From the human T2T-CHM13v2.0 reference genome, Homo sapiens: 64,000 bases of DNA. The stretch lies in NCBI RefSeq assembly GCF_009914755.1, contig NC_060928.1. The stretch is one strand, 5' to 3'. The first letter of the stretch is position 1. Each line of letters starts with the position of its first letter. This document shows positions 51,464 to 64,000 of this stretch, piece after piece. Below the pieces are notes generated by a model. That model did not search any database. It had not been told where the DNA came from and saw nothing but the letters and a program-made list of their open reading frames with translations. A program made the position numbers and the translations under genes.

Positions 51464-51756
51464 GGCCAGGCGCAGTGGTTCATGCCTGTAATCCCAGCAC
51501 TTTTGGAGGCCGAGTCAGGTGAATCATTTGAGGTCAGGAGTTCGCAACCAGCCTAGCCAACACAGCGAAATCCCGTCTCTACTAAAAATCCAAAAAAAAG
51601 TAGTTGGGCATGGTGGTGTGTGCCTGTAGTCCTAGCTACTCTGGAGGCTGAGGCAAGAGAATCACTTGAACTTGGGAGGTGGAGGTTTCAGTGAGCTGAG
51701 ATCGTGCCACTGCACTCCAGCATGGGTGACAGAGAGAGACTCTGTCTAAAAAAAAA
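51464..51756 (+). mobile_element. AluS (Sx/Sz-like)
   Basis: Full dimer ggccaggcgcagtggttcatgcctgtaatccc...gagactctgtct plus A-tail; AGGCAAAAG on both flanks. Confidence 0.95.
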
Positions 51757-52871
51757 GGCAAAAGTCAAAATATGTAAACATGGCAGATCAAAGCTAATCA
51801 CAATATTAAGAATTCAGTTTCCCTGGCCAGAGAGCCACTCGAAGCAGAGAGTAACCATAAATGAGGATTTCTTGACCCCCTTAACTAGATCCTCACAAAG
51901 CAATAGCCCAAATTCTCCCTTCCGTGTGACTATTTATCCCATACTAAGCCAATAACCTACATCCTAAGAGATGGCTGCAGAATGCACAATTAGGAAGAAG
52001 TTTTATTATTTTTACTGTGCTAGTCATCACATTGGAATCTTGTATAATCATGATCCAAAGTGGGTGGTATTACTCTCATTCTTACTGATGCAGAGGCTGA
52101 GGTTCCAATGGCTTAAGCAACTTGCCCAAAGACAAAACATGCAAGGAAAGACTACGTGACCTCACAGATTGTGCTCTTGCTCTTGTGTGTGACTCTCAAG
52201 AAATGATAAGAATCTTTGGGCAGAAATGCTGACAACTGAGGCAGAGAATCTGAAAACAACCTTCCCTTCAAACCTAAAAATCAGAGACTGCTTCTTCCAA
52301 ACCACTGAGCTGTCAGAAGATGAATAAGGCAGAGAGACTGTCAGAATCCAAGTCAGGAGTACTAGCTTGTTCTTGACATGGTTACAGAGCCTAGGATACT
52401 GCAGGTGAATTCCACCTGGTTCTGAATGAATGAATGAATCAATCAATCAATGAGGAATTGCTCAAACTCAGGTTGCCAGTAGCATATAGGTCCATGGGTA
52501 CAAAAAACTGTCATTCTGATTTTTTCTTTGTTTTTAATGCATATCCTTGCTCTTGCTACAAATCATAATTTTGGTGGGGTTGGGGGGATCCTTATTCCTC
52601 CAGCTTTCACTCTTTCAAAGTCTGACTTCTTAGTCTCTTTGGTCTCTTATTCCTCTTCCCTACTTTCTGCTTTCCACCTCTCCTTTTTCTTCATCCTAAT
52701 GTTTCAGAAAGAATGCTTGAGAATATATATTTTTCTTTTTACCAGTGAAATATGGGGTGAAAAAAATACTGTATATACATTTAGATTGCCTGACTTTCCT
52801 CTATAAACTTGAAAAAAAAAACCATTAACTTCAGTTCATTAATGTAATGCCATGAGTTTCTTGTTATGAAT

Positions 52872-53232
52872 TGTTATGGTCGACATGTTTATGTTTTCTG
52901 CAAATTCCTATTTTGAAATCCTATCCTCCAATTTAATAGTATTAGGAAGTAAGGGCTTTGGAAGGTAATAAGGTTATGAGAGTGAAGCCCTCATGAATGG
53001 GATTAGTGCCCTTATAAAAAGAGACTTGAGAGCTTGCTCTCTCTCTCGCTCTCTACTCTCTGCCACTTGAGGACACAGCAGGTAAATTGCTGCCTATGAA
53101 CCAGGAAGCAGGCTGTCACTAGACACCAGATCTTCTGGCACCTTGATCTTGGACTTCCTGCCTCCAAAATGGTAGAAAATAAATATCTGTCGTTTAAGCC
53201 ACCCAGTCTGCACAGCAGCAGAAACTAAGATA
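52872..53232 (+). mobile_element. MLT1A-like solo LTR
   Basis: gaagccctcatgaatgggattagtgcccttataaaa...caccttgatcttggacttcc...aataaa...tttaagccacccagtct...aactaagata. Confidence 0.9.
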
Positions 53233-55244
53233 AGGATCATATTTTTAATGATGGAAATAATAATAAAGAAGAGGAATAAGTAAACTAAGTCTGGACTTCT
53301 CTAGAAACCAAACACTATCAGACCCAACTGGGAGATGTACTTACCCATATCAACTAATGTGCTATACTCATCCAATGTAAGGAACTCTGCACCCTCCCAC
53401 ACCCACCCTGCCTTTTCTCTGTACAAGGTACCATGCTAGGCCTGGAGCAAAAAGGAGATCAGGAAAAAGGCTAACATGTAAGAATATGTGATTCTAGGAA
53501 CTGTCTTGTAAATTCTCAGGAAGAGAAGTTAGCACGTTTTGGAACTGAAATTAACCTTATTCATCATAAGCAAAAATATGGGGGCAAAACTGGTAGAGAA
53601 GGAGCTCTTATCCAATTCAACACACATTGCCTACAGTGATTCAGAAAAGTAGTATCCCACTTGTTCAGCACCTAACAAATGGCAGGCATTGGGCTAAATT
53701 TTTTACATTGAACGTTAGCTTCTGAACCACATTATGAGTCAGATAAAGAAAATAAGATACAAAGACTTACGTGAATTATTCCAAGTTACAAGGTATAGAA
53801 ATGCACAAATGGGAATTTGAACTTGAAAAACCTGTTGGACCTTAAAGTTCGCATTGTTTTTGCAACTACTCTGCATACATGAGTGGCCTCCCCACAGTAG
53901 GAATACAGAAGTTCAACAGCAAATGGATTCAGGAACTTGGAATAAGACAAAGGAAACCCTCATGAAATAAAAAATTTTTGAATAAAGTGGATATGGTTTT
54001 GGGGATCCTTCATCCCATCAAATTCAGGCAGGTGCTTAAGCAGCCTCCCAGGCCCTCATGTCAGAGGAGGCAGGGCTTGGGCATTGATGGCAGCTGCCTG
54101 AGTCTTGCAGCACTGAGAGGCCAGCTTCGGCCACTGTCCATGCACTGGACACATAAGAAATGATAGATTCTTCCTTTCTGTTTTATTCCATTTTCTTAAA
54201 AAAGCACAAAATGGCATTTTGTTTTATGGCAGTAATTACTGTTACAGCATTAGATTATAATATGGGATCTGATAATAATAAATTATAATAAAGTTTTGCT
54301 TCTCTCACAGAGTCTTGAATGACTTGTCCAGGAGACCTAGTTTGGAGCTTTTTCAATTCAGCTGTGTTCAAAACAGAGAATGGGCTGAATTTCAATGAGG
54401 TGCTGATACTATGTAATGTTCTCCACACCAAATACCAAATCTACAGGCTCAATGTCAAGAACATACAAAGTCTTGTAAACTAAATTCAAAATCTCTAGCT
54501 TCTATTCTTGCTCCTAGCAGTCCTTCATCTCTCCTAATATGTATGTTATTTTCAATGTGGTTTTTCAAAACAGAAAATGAATATTAGTTTTATAGTTGTG
54601 GATTCTGCATCAGGCAAAGTCTATCCAAATAAACAACAACAATAACAAACACTTTATTTATTTCAAACAGAGGGAATATAATACAGGGAATTAAACAGAT
54701 GACAGAGGAGCTGAGACCATCGCTAGGGGACTGTGAACACTCTGGAAATTACTAACAGCAGGATGCTGCTACATGCCCTGGTGATGGAAGGGAAAGACAA
54801 GAATTTAGACCCAAGGTCACTCAGTGGTAGGTGGAACCTTTAATGAGCTGGGATATGGAAGGAAGAGCTGTCCTACCAGAGCTGGATCACCGAGGGTACA
54901 AAGCTGATGTTGGAGACAGCACCCAAATCCACAACACAGGGTGGGGGAATATGCTAGCTTTTCCCTTCCTCCGCTCCCCAATTTTCTGCCAGTTCCTACC
55001 CTTGCCTAGTAGCCAGAAGGAAACAAAGCTAAAAAATTCCTACCGATTCCTTAAGATCTGACTGGCACACTACTTCCTCCATGAACCCTCCCTTTAGACT
55101 TCCAAATCTCTTTATGTAAACGTTTCATGATGTTACATTTGGCTATCCAATACAGTTATGCATATTTAACAGCCTGTGAGCTTTTCAAAGATAAGCTCTA
55201 TGGTGGAGTCTTTGTGGTATCTCCAGGCCTTACACAAAAGAGAT

Positions 55245-55435
55245 AAAATTCTGGTAGGCCTGGGTTCAAATCCTAACTCTTCCACTTAGAAGCTGTCTGA
55301 CTCCTGTTAAATTCTTCAATCTACTTCAGTTTCCTCATCTATAATTTGAGGGAAATAAATTCCTCCATGTAGAGCCAGTCTGAAGATTTAAAAATATGGG
55401 ACCTAGGCCCCTGAGCATAGTAAATGAGTAGCTTC
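55245..55435 (+). mobile_element. MIR
   Basis: cctgggttcaaatcctaactcttccacttagaagctgt...ttcagtttcctcatctataa. Confidence 0.78.
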
Positions 55436-55945
55436 TTATTGGAATGTGGTCTTGCTTGGATTACAAGTGAATAATGATGCATTCTGGTGAGCTAATGGCT
55501 TCTATTTGCTCATTTCTGTAAATCACTTACTAAATATTATACAACCTAATGACATTGACCGTGTCTTAGAAACTTCTAAGAATAGTTAGGCCTTGAAGCC
55601 GTAAATGTGAAAATCTATTTGCAGAGCTCTGCCTTCCTTAACACTACCTCTAATGAGAAAATCCCAGTAGAAAGCAGCCTCAGAAGGAGGCTTCAGAAAG
55701 GGTCAACCCAAATTGGGTGATACCTATGTGTGCACTTAGTCAACTTCAGCTAGCCAATCAAATAAATAAAGATGGTTGGGCTAATTTTTAATGGCCATGA
55801 TCTTAGAAAAGGAACACACTGTCCTCAGTTTCTAACTCATGGGGAAGTTTATCACAAGGGTGTGTGGTATAAACAATGCTACACCAGCTATTGCCAAGAT
55901 TTTCCAATGAAGAACCATCAGGCACTTGAAAGGTCTATGGTTTTT

Positions 55946-56156
55946 TCAGGAGCTTAAGACTAGCCTGGGCAACATGAGAAAACACCATCTCTACTAAAAA
56001 TACAAAAAAATTAGCTGGGAATGGTGGTGCACACTTATAATCCAGCTACTCAGGAGGTTGAGGTGGGAGAATCACCTGAGCCCAGGAGGTTGAGATTTCA
56101 GTAAGCTGAGATCACACCACTGCACTCCAGCCTGGGCAACCGGAGGAAGACCCTGC
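55946..56156 (+). mobile_element. AluJ-like, 5'-truncated
   Basis: caggagcttaagactagcctgggcaacatg...gaggtgggagaatcacctgagcccaggagg...ccactgcactccagcctgggcaac. Confidence 0.9.
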
Positions 56157-56309
56157 AGGAAGGAAGGAAGGAAGGAAGGAAGGGAGGGAGGGAGGGAGGG
56201 AGGGAGGGAGGGAGGGGGGAGGGAGGGAGGGAGGGAGGGAGGTTGGGGAAAGGAAGGAAGGAAGGAAGGAAAGGAAGACAGGAAACGAAGGAAAGGAAAG
56301 GGAAGAAAG
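56157..56309. repeat. (GGAA)n-(GGGA)n-(GGAA)n purine repeat in place of the Alu tail
   Basis: Directly visible, immediately 3' of the Alu body. Confidence 0.93.
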
Positions 56310-56689
56310 ATGTATGGTTTTTTATACCTGCTCTGATCATCTAGGAGCTGAGGTTGGTCTTTCTAAACCAATGGACAACCCTCAGGCTCAACAGAGCAAA
56401 CAAAAATGTAAATCCTATCAGTTAAGTTTGATTAGAACTTCTACCTTGAGAGCTGAAGTATGAGGTGGGAAAGAGACAAAGTTATGCTTCAGTATTTAAG
56501 TCAAACTGTGGTAAACTTCTTAAACCTTAAACTCCATTGTTGACTGAATTCTAGAAGTATTTTTAATACAGTTAAAATGACTCTGCAATTATCTAGAAAT
56601 AAGCTTGAGTCAGATAGACCGTTTCCCCTATGTCTCAAGGAAGCCATCTCTGATGTCCTGTTGTATCTCTTAAAAATGAGCACTCCACC

Positions 56690-56905
56690 AGCAGCATTTA
56701 TTAATCATCTATTATAGTCCAGGCAATTTATGTTCTTTAATGATATCTAAGACTTGTTGCATAACTACAAGGTGTGCTTCATTATCCAAATCTTAGAGGT
56801 GAGGAAACCATGATGAGATACATTAGATAGGTCACCAACGTCAAATAGCTTCTTGGTGGCAGGGCTGTCATTCTAATCCAGGGCTGCTTGCCTCTAAGGC
56901 TCTAA
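56690..56905 (-). mobile_element. MIR (diverged)
   Basis: gcatttattaatcatctattatagtccaggca...attatccaaatcttagaggtgaggaaac. Confidence 0.6.
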
Positions 56906-59046
56906 GGTCTTTTCTCTTTCAGCTGGACTATGCTACCTCTTTTATGTGAAAAGGTAGTACTTACCCTTTCATTATTCATTCAACAAAGAGTTAATTAGAG
57001 CTTACCATGTTCATGGAACTGTACGAGCCACTGAAGTTACAGGAATAACCATGACATGGAACAGCTTTGCAAATATGAAAATTCACTGCAACGATAATAT
57101 TCTTTGCCCGAAGAGAAATAGGCTATTCTGTAAATAAGGACTATGCACTATTAGAGGCATTTATATAATGCTACTCATTAAGTAGAGGTAAAGAACAGTG
57201 TAGACTAATTAACCACAGGGCAAGAACCCAGGACAGAGAGAAGGAGATGGAAGCAGGGATGGAAGAGCAAACACCATTGTTTCGTGCATGGAGGAACAGT
57301 TCAGTATCTAATTTCAAGAATGAGAACTCTGGCCAACACATGTGAGATCAATCTCAACTTGGACTATTAGCTTTGGCAGCTTTAGTTTCAGGCCTTCTTT
57401 GGGGGAATAGAGGCAGTTCCACATCTTCTAAATTCTGATTCTACCATTTTCTCACTCTAAAATAAAAGGGAGAAGTTAACTCATTTTCTTCTCATGATGA
57501 CCATCATCAAAAGGAGTGTAGGTGTCTGACACATACAGGTTTTCATTCCTTCTGTTAAGGACTCCTTCTCTGCTTAAATTAATAATCCCTTGAGAAGCTG
57601 CTTCCTGTCCTGAATTTTATTTACATCTTTTCTCTGCAGGCTAATTACTGATGCTATTTGCGATTACACAAAGTTGAATGCCTGACCTTTCCTCTTTGAT
57701 ATTCCAGTGACTTTATTGTGCTGAATCTGTGGCATTGGTGACATCCTGAGAACCACAGTACAGTATTGAATTATCATAAACACAGATTGAAAGTAGCAGC
57801 CTTTGATTCATCACGAGGCAAAAAAAAAAGTGTTCTTAGAGGGACAAATTCTACATGGAAAGGAGAATCATGTGAGTATTAGGACATCAAAATGCAGATG
57901 CGTACATAAACTTATGAGTTATACATCAGAATTTGGATGAAGTACAAGTTGGATATACATACATTGACTCATGCCCAGAGGCTATAAAGCAGAAAATGAT
58001 CTTTGATTAATTGCTGAGACCTTCAGAATAAGCATATCTGACGTCTTCTTAAGTCCCTCGGCAAAATACACAAACAAAAAGTTAGGTATGACCTTGCCCT
58101 TAGGGATGTATCTAGTCTAAAATCTGCCAGCAGCAGCAAAAGGGTTACTTCCAACTTCACCTTGGAAAGTAGCGATGTACAGGTACTGGTGCCCTGAACA
58201 TGTAATATTTATATCAGTCATACAAGTTTAATTTTTTTCTTTTCTGTGGAAAGAAAAAATACTTTTTTTTTCCTCTTCTTTTTTGGTAAAGCTCTGCACT
58301 GCAGGGGGAAGAAATAAAAAGAACCTCTTCAAGTTTGGAATTTTCCACTCCCCACACCCCCTCAAGCTGGTCAGAGGAGCATAGCAGGAGAGACAGAGCC
58401 AGGAAGAAAAATGCAGATATGATGATTTGTCTTGGTGAGTCTCAGAAACCATTCGCAGTCCATGAGGCTGAGTTGACCTGTGCTAAGTTGGTGATTATGG
58501 CTTATTCGCTTTTGTGTTTCTCACAGATGCATATACTGGCCTATATGTACACATGAAAAGCATGAAGCTGATGTCTGCTATAGAAATCCAAGGCAATTTA
58601 TTCCTCTGCTGTGAGTGTGTGCATTAACTCCTAGTTTCCTTGAGGTAGAGATTATTACAAAAGTGTTTTCTCCTAATATTTTCTTCCCTGCCCCCCAGAG
58701 CTAGCTATTTTTAGAGTGGGAATTAGGTAATTATCTGGACCAGGTCCCCTGTAATTCTCATAAAAGGCAAGCAAATAAAATGAGTTTCGAGGGCCTTGGC
58801 TTGGCTTCAGGCAGGATATTGGCAGTGGAGACACCATGTCCTGAGATACACAAGGAGTGAGTCTCTAAGAATACAGTGTGAATCAAAGGCCTTTATATTT
58901 ATGAATCATGATTTTTATTTGAGCCTCAAGAATCTTGGTACCTAAGAATCCATAGGGAGAAGAGCCAGGCAACTGTCATAGTCTCAGAATCTTCTGACAG
59001 GGTTATGCCCTTGAACTATGGGCTACTTGTTCCCTAGAGCAATAGT

Positions 59047-59303
<257 letters not shown>

Positions 59304-60909
59304 TTGTTTATTCTTTTCTTGCTGAATCTGATCACCTTCTGTGGTGTGTTTCTAGTTCTGTGACAAACCTGAAGCACAGCAGAGAGGTTAAAGAGGGACA
59401 CAGTGATGCAGAGGCCAAGAAACTGTGCCATGAGGCATCCATGCCACTGTGCAATGCGAATGCAGCACTTCCCTGCAAATACACATCTTTTTCTTTCTGC
59501 TGAGGCACATGTTCCAATGCTGACACTAGCCAGAATGGGGAAGAATTCCAGGAATTCCAGGGGAGACCTGACACACCATCCTTTCTCTCCCTCTCAGCGA
59601 AGGAAAGTGAGATGCAAATTTATGGCAATAACCTTAAGTCCACTTCATTATATACAGAAATCATTCAAACTTTCAACAGTGTAGGTTACCTGTTGTCGCT
59701 CCTCCTGGTTGATCTCATGATAGCACTGAGACAAGTAGAAGCAGAAAAGTGGGGCTGCAACGGACCCCTTCTGGGGCTGCCAGTGTAATTTGTGGCTGGT
59801 TTTATTTCATTCTGCCTGAAAGCTGCAGAGCTTAGCTGAATGCCCACACTGTGAGAAAGCTTCTTCAGTTGGGATTTGGTCCGCACATTCGGGATAACTT
59901 ACTGGAAGGATTTTAATGGATTCCTGACCCTGATGGTTGCTTGTGAAAACAGCACTTTACAAACACGTTGCCATATTTACTTGCGCATTCACACTTTCCA
60001 CCAATTTGGAGAAGAAACTCAGAAGAGAGGCTTTCTCTGCATCCTCCTCCCCCTTCTCTCCACACTTCTCTCTCCTCTGTTTTAAGAACATTGATCGATC
60101 ACAGCTGGTGCCAGAACATAAGGCTGAGGGAATAATCGCTGCATTAAATGGAAGTATCATTGTAGTTCATGTTTATTTTAATGGAGGATGTTTCTACAAA
60201 GCACAACAGACTAAATTAGGCATCTGAATTCTCCCTGTCTGGGGAATGTCTACCGAGGTGGCTCATGCCCACCTCCTGCAAGGCCTTCTTCCCTCCCAGC
60301 CCTTCCAAATCTTAGCTGGACACAGCCGGCTTGAAACTTATGATGGGGTGTGTGCGGGCTCTGGCAAGGAGATGAAATCCATTCGTTGTTATTCATCATG
60401 AAGGATCTAGCATCACATGGCCAAGAGTCATAGCTTTATTCTCTCTACCACCATGTACTCGTCGGCTACATGTGTAGCAAGCACCTACCTTCCAGAGTTG
60501 TGGAGAGGATTTAAAGTGCAGACGCAGGTAAACACAGGACAGTGCCAGGAGTGTAATCAACATCTAATGAATCCTAGAGTTATGATTATAATGCTGATGT
60601 TCTATCTATCAATGCAAGGAGTTCATGGCATCTTGGCCCCAGTTTGCCAGGGAAACAACAACTCTTTGTAGAGGAATTTGTGTACTTACCTTTCCTTCTT
60701 ATCTGTCTTTCCTTTCTCATCCTGCCTATTGTTTCGTTAGTTAGTTTTGCAAGTTGCATTTCACAGATTCCCCTAGCATGGACTTGTAACTTGAGATCCA
60801 AGGAACCTCAAGAGGGGGCTTCAGCCATTACTCAGTGCCTTGAAATGCATGCAAATTTCTGAATATGTTTGTGTGTTTTTCTAGGTACGGTACCTACAGT
60901 TTTTTGTCA

Positions 60910-61188
<279 letters not shown>

Positions 61189-61293
61189 AGCCTTATAAAA
61201 CATTGTAAAAAGAAGTTATACAAAAACATAGTGCTTTAAAATATATCTCAACATTTTTTAGCAAAAGCACCATCTAATCAGAACGGATTGAAC

Positions 61294-61635
61294 TAGGGAT
61301 TGTCAATTTTTTTCTGTAAAGGATTAAATACTAAATATTTTAGAGTCTGTGGGCCATAAGACCTCTGCAAAGACTATTCAAATCTGTCCTTATAAAGCAA
61401 AAGCAGCCCTAGATGACACAACACATCCATGAATGGGTGTGGTTGTGTTTCCAATAAAACTTTATTTATAGACACTGAAACTGGAGTATCATAACTTTTA
61501 CATGTCATAAAAAATTATTCTTCTTTTGATTTTTTTTGAAACATCTAAAATGTAAACATCATTCTTAGCCTGCAGACCATACACAAACAGAGGTTAAGCC
61601 TGATTTAGCTTCAGGCTATAGTTTCCCACTTCCAG
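61294..61635 (-). mobile_element. MER58B
   Basis: tttttctgtaaagg...taaatattttag...caataaaactttatttatagacactgaaa...ttattcttcttttgatttttt...aatgtaaacatcattcttagc. Confidence 0.82.
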
Positions 61636-62499
61636 GATTAAATCACCAAAATGGCAGTATCTGTGTCTTCTGTGTCTCATGGTTGCATATCATCATTGCA
61701 TTGCTCTGAAGAAGCTGAAAATGCAGAGCAATGGGATCCCTGACTTGACTGTGGGCAGAGACAGAGTAGGCAATGAAAGTGCTGCAAAGGCCTTGGGGAG
61801 AGAGGAAAGTAGGCTAGGACAATGGGACTAGTCTTGGGGAAAAAGGACTTCTCTGTGCTTTTTAGCTCCAGAGAAGGAATGTAAAGCAATTTTCACACCA
61901 TCATCTGGGCTGTAGCGGAACAGTGAGTATCTCTGATGAATGATGGGCTCTATATGTGGTGGGCTGCCCTTCCAGCTGGATCAGGTGCTGCAGAGCCTAG
62001 AGACAGGCTAACCCATCGTCCCTTAACCAGCACAGCTCAAACTGCGAGTAGACAATTTTTCAGTAATGCACTAATGACGATTATATTAGCCAAAATGAAG
62101 AAAAAATAATCCAAGTTGCCATTTACATTCAGAACATTTTTTTCAAAGGAGTTAGTATATATAAAAGAAAAGGTCAGCTCTAAGAATCAAAATTAGTTGT
62201 CTCTCCACAGCCTAATTTGGGTCTTTTAGGAAGCAGAGCTATGATTTCTGTGAGGAGTGGGATGGAGACATTTGAACCCACCATCATGACAACAGAACCC
62301 TGTCAGCAAAGGGCCTGTACTCTCTCTATTGTAAACTGGTCACAGCAGAAGATATATTTATTACCGGTTTCTGCACATTAGGGTGTTATTTTGTGCAAAT
62401 TATGGTTGTGAGCAAGAGTTTTTCTTAGAGCAGTGGTCATACTCATTCCATGATGGGTCTAAATGCTGTCACTGTGCTGCCAATGGGCTGTTTCTGCAA

Positions 62500-62665
62500 G
62501 CCCAGAATCTGCATTAGACTCCCTTGCAGAGGTTTGTAAAATACAGATTTCCAGGCTCTACCCAGATTGCTTCAATTTAGTAGGTCTGGAGTGGTGCCGG
62601 AAGATATATATTTTGGGGAAAAAGTCACCCAGGTGATTCTAATATCAGCCAGATCCAATGCTCAC
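62500..62665. mobile_element. MER5-like hAT fragment
   Basis: tgtaaaatacagatttccaggctctacccaga...agtaggtctggagtgg...cccaggtgattctaat. Confidence 0.65.
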
Positions 62666-62842
62666 TTCTCCAGTAAACAGGATAAGCTATTTGGGGAGGG
62701 GACAGAATATGGAAATGGTAACTTGGAGTCTCCACAGACATCAGAGTGGCCTTAAGCACAAAAGGAGCCTCAAGAACTGCCAAGCACTATATTTCCATCT
62801 TTAGTAAGAATAAATTACAAGTTCTTCAAAAATCCTGTCTTT

Positions 62843-62965
62843 GGCCTAGGAACGGTGGCTTACACCTGTAATCCCAGCACTTCAGGAGGCTGAGGCGGGC
62901 GGATCACGAGATCAGGAGATCGAGACCATCCTGGCTAACACGGTGAAACCCCGTCTCTACTAAAA

Positions 62966-63008
<43 letters not shown>

Positions 63009-63175
63009 TTAGCCAGGCGTGGTGGTGGGCGCCTGTAGTCCCAGCTACTAGGGAGGCTGAGGCAGGAGAATGGCGTGAATCTGGGAGGCAGAGCTTGCAG
63101 TGAGCAGTGAGCTGAGATCGCACCACTGCACTCCAGCCTGGGCGACAGAGCAAGACTCCGTCCCAAAAAAAAAAA
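62843..63175 (+). mobile_element. AluY with (CA)19 in the central linker
   Basis: Y diagnostics gagatcgagaccatcctggctaacacgg, gaatggcgtgaa, gagcttgcag; (CA)19 at 62969-63006. Confidence 0.95.
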
Positions 63176-63689
63176 CAACTCTCCTAAGGCTCCCTGTGAA
63201 ATTCCCCACCACGGCTTCTTCCTACCTGTCTGCCACCTCTCTGTGTCTCCTTGGCCTTCTCTACTCCACCTTTCCTGGACCCCAGCTCTTCAGTTCACCC
63301 CTGTTTCCTGCAACTGCTTCCTGCCTTCCTTTGCTCTTGCCTTCTCTTTGCCTCAGCCCTCTTCTTCTAATCCAGATGGTGTTGCATTTCCATCACTGGT
63401 TCTCTCTGCTCTACAGGGAGGCTCCTCAATTCCCTTCCCTAGTGTTGGAGGAAAAGTGGTGGGCAAGACAGACAAAGTTCCTGCTCTGATCAAGTTGACA
63501 CTCCAGTAGGGAAAGACTGATGGAAAACAAGAAATATATATATGTAAGTCAGATTGATTTACGTAGTAGTAAGTTAAAGCAAATTAGAACAAGATGAAGT
63601 GGTAGAAATTTGTTCACCATGGCAGTGCTAGCAACTATAAAAATGCTTGGAACGTTGTAGGCATTGGATAAGTTATATTTTTTAAAAAA

Positions 63690-64000
63690 TGAATTCCATT
63701 TTGTGTGTGTATTCGTTATATAAACAAAATGATAATTTGTGCCCTGTTCAACGTTCTACTTTTTTCAGTTAATAATATGTCTTGGAAAGTTTTACACATA
63801 AGCATTTGCAGAACTACCCCATTACTGTTTTTGTCCCTTTGCCTTGTACAGTTTATTTTTATTTACCCAGTTTCTTGTTGACAAATCATTTTCCAGTTTT
63901 GTTTTTTATTTAATTACAAACACTTCACCGAACATTCTTGAACATGTGTCTTGATACACTCAATACTGCATTAGTAAAGAATATTCATGGGGGTAGAATT
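63690..64000 (-). mobile_element. Old L1M (L1ME-like) fragment running off the window
   Basis: ctttttcagttaataatatgtcttgga...atttacccagtttcttgttga...gaacattcttgaacatgtgtctt...gtagaatt. Confidence 0.6.

Noticed and set aside
54595-55030. Possible ancient ERVL/LTR-like sequence
   Set aside because: Could not fix termini, TSD or family by eye.

Overview
Human non-coding genomic DNA, either a large intron or intergenic. The species call rests on an intact AluYb8, a human-specific subfamily. I found no protein-coding gene, RNA gene, CpG island or CRISPR array, and I cannot name the locus. The supplied ORFs are retroelement remnants (L1 ORF2, Alu), low-complexity artefacts or short chance frames. 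Much of the window is interspersed repeat: 12 Alus, L1 3' ends, MaLR solo LTRs (MST, THE1, MLT1), hAT DNA transposons (MER58, MER20, MER63, MER3/33-like, MER5), many MIR/L2 fragments and microsatellites. Subfamily names come from recalled consensus features and need RepeatMasker confirmation. I cannot support a new biological system here. The best leads are: (i) a recursive-splice-site-like motif (TTAG|GTAAG with an ~89-nt AG-free zone) plus well-formed small exon candidates on the minus strand; (ii) a CTCF-like site in a 60-bp-period duplication beside a G-quadruplex motif; (iii) a human-specific inverted Alu pair; (iv) a templated-insertion repair scar in an Alu; (v) several perfect inverted repeats, two built from transcription-factor-like half sites.
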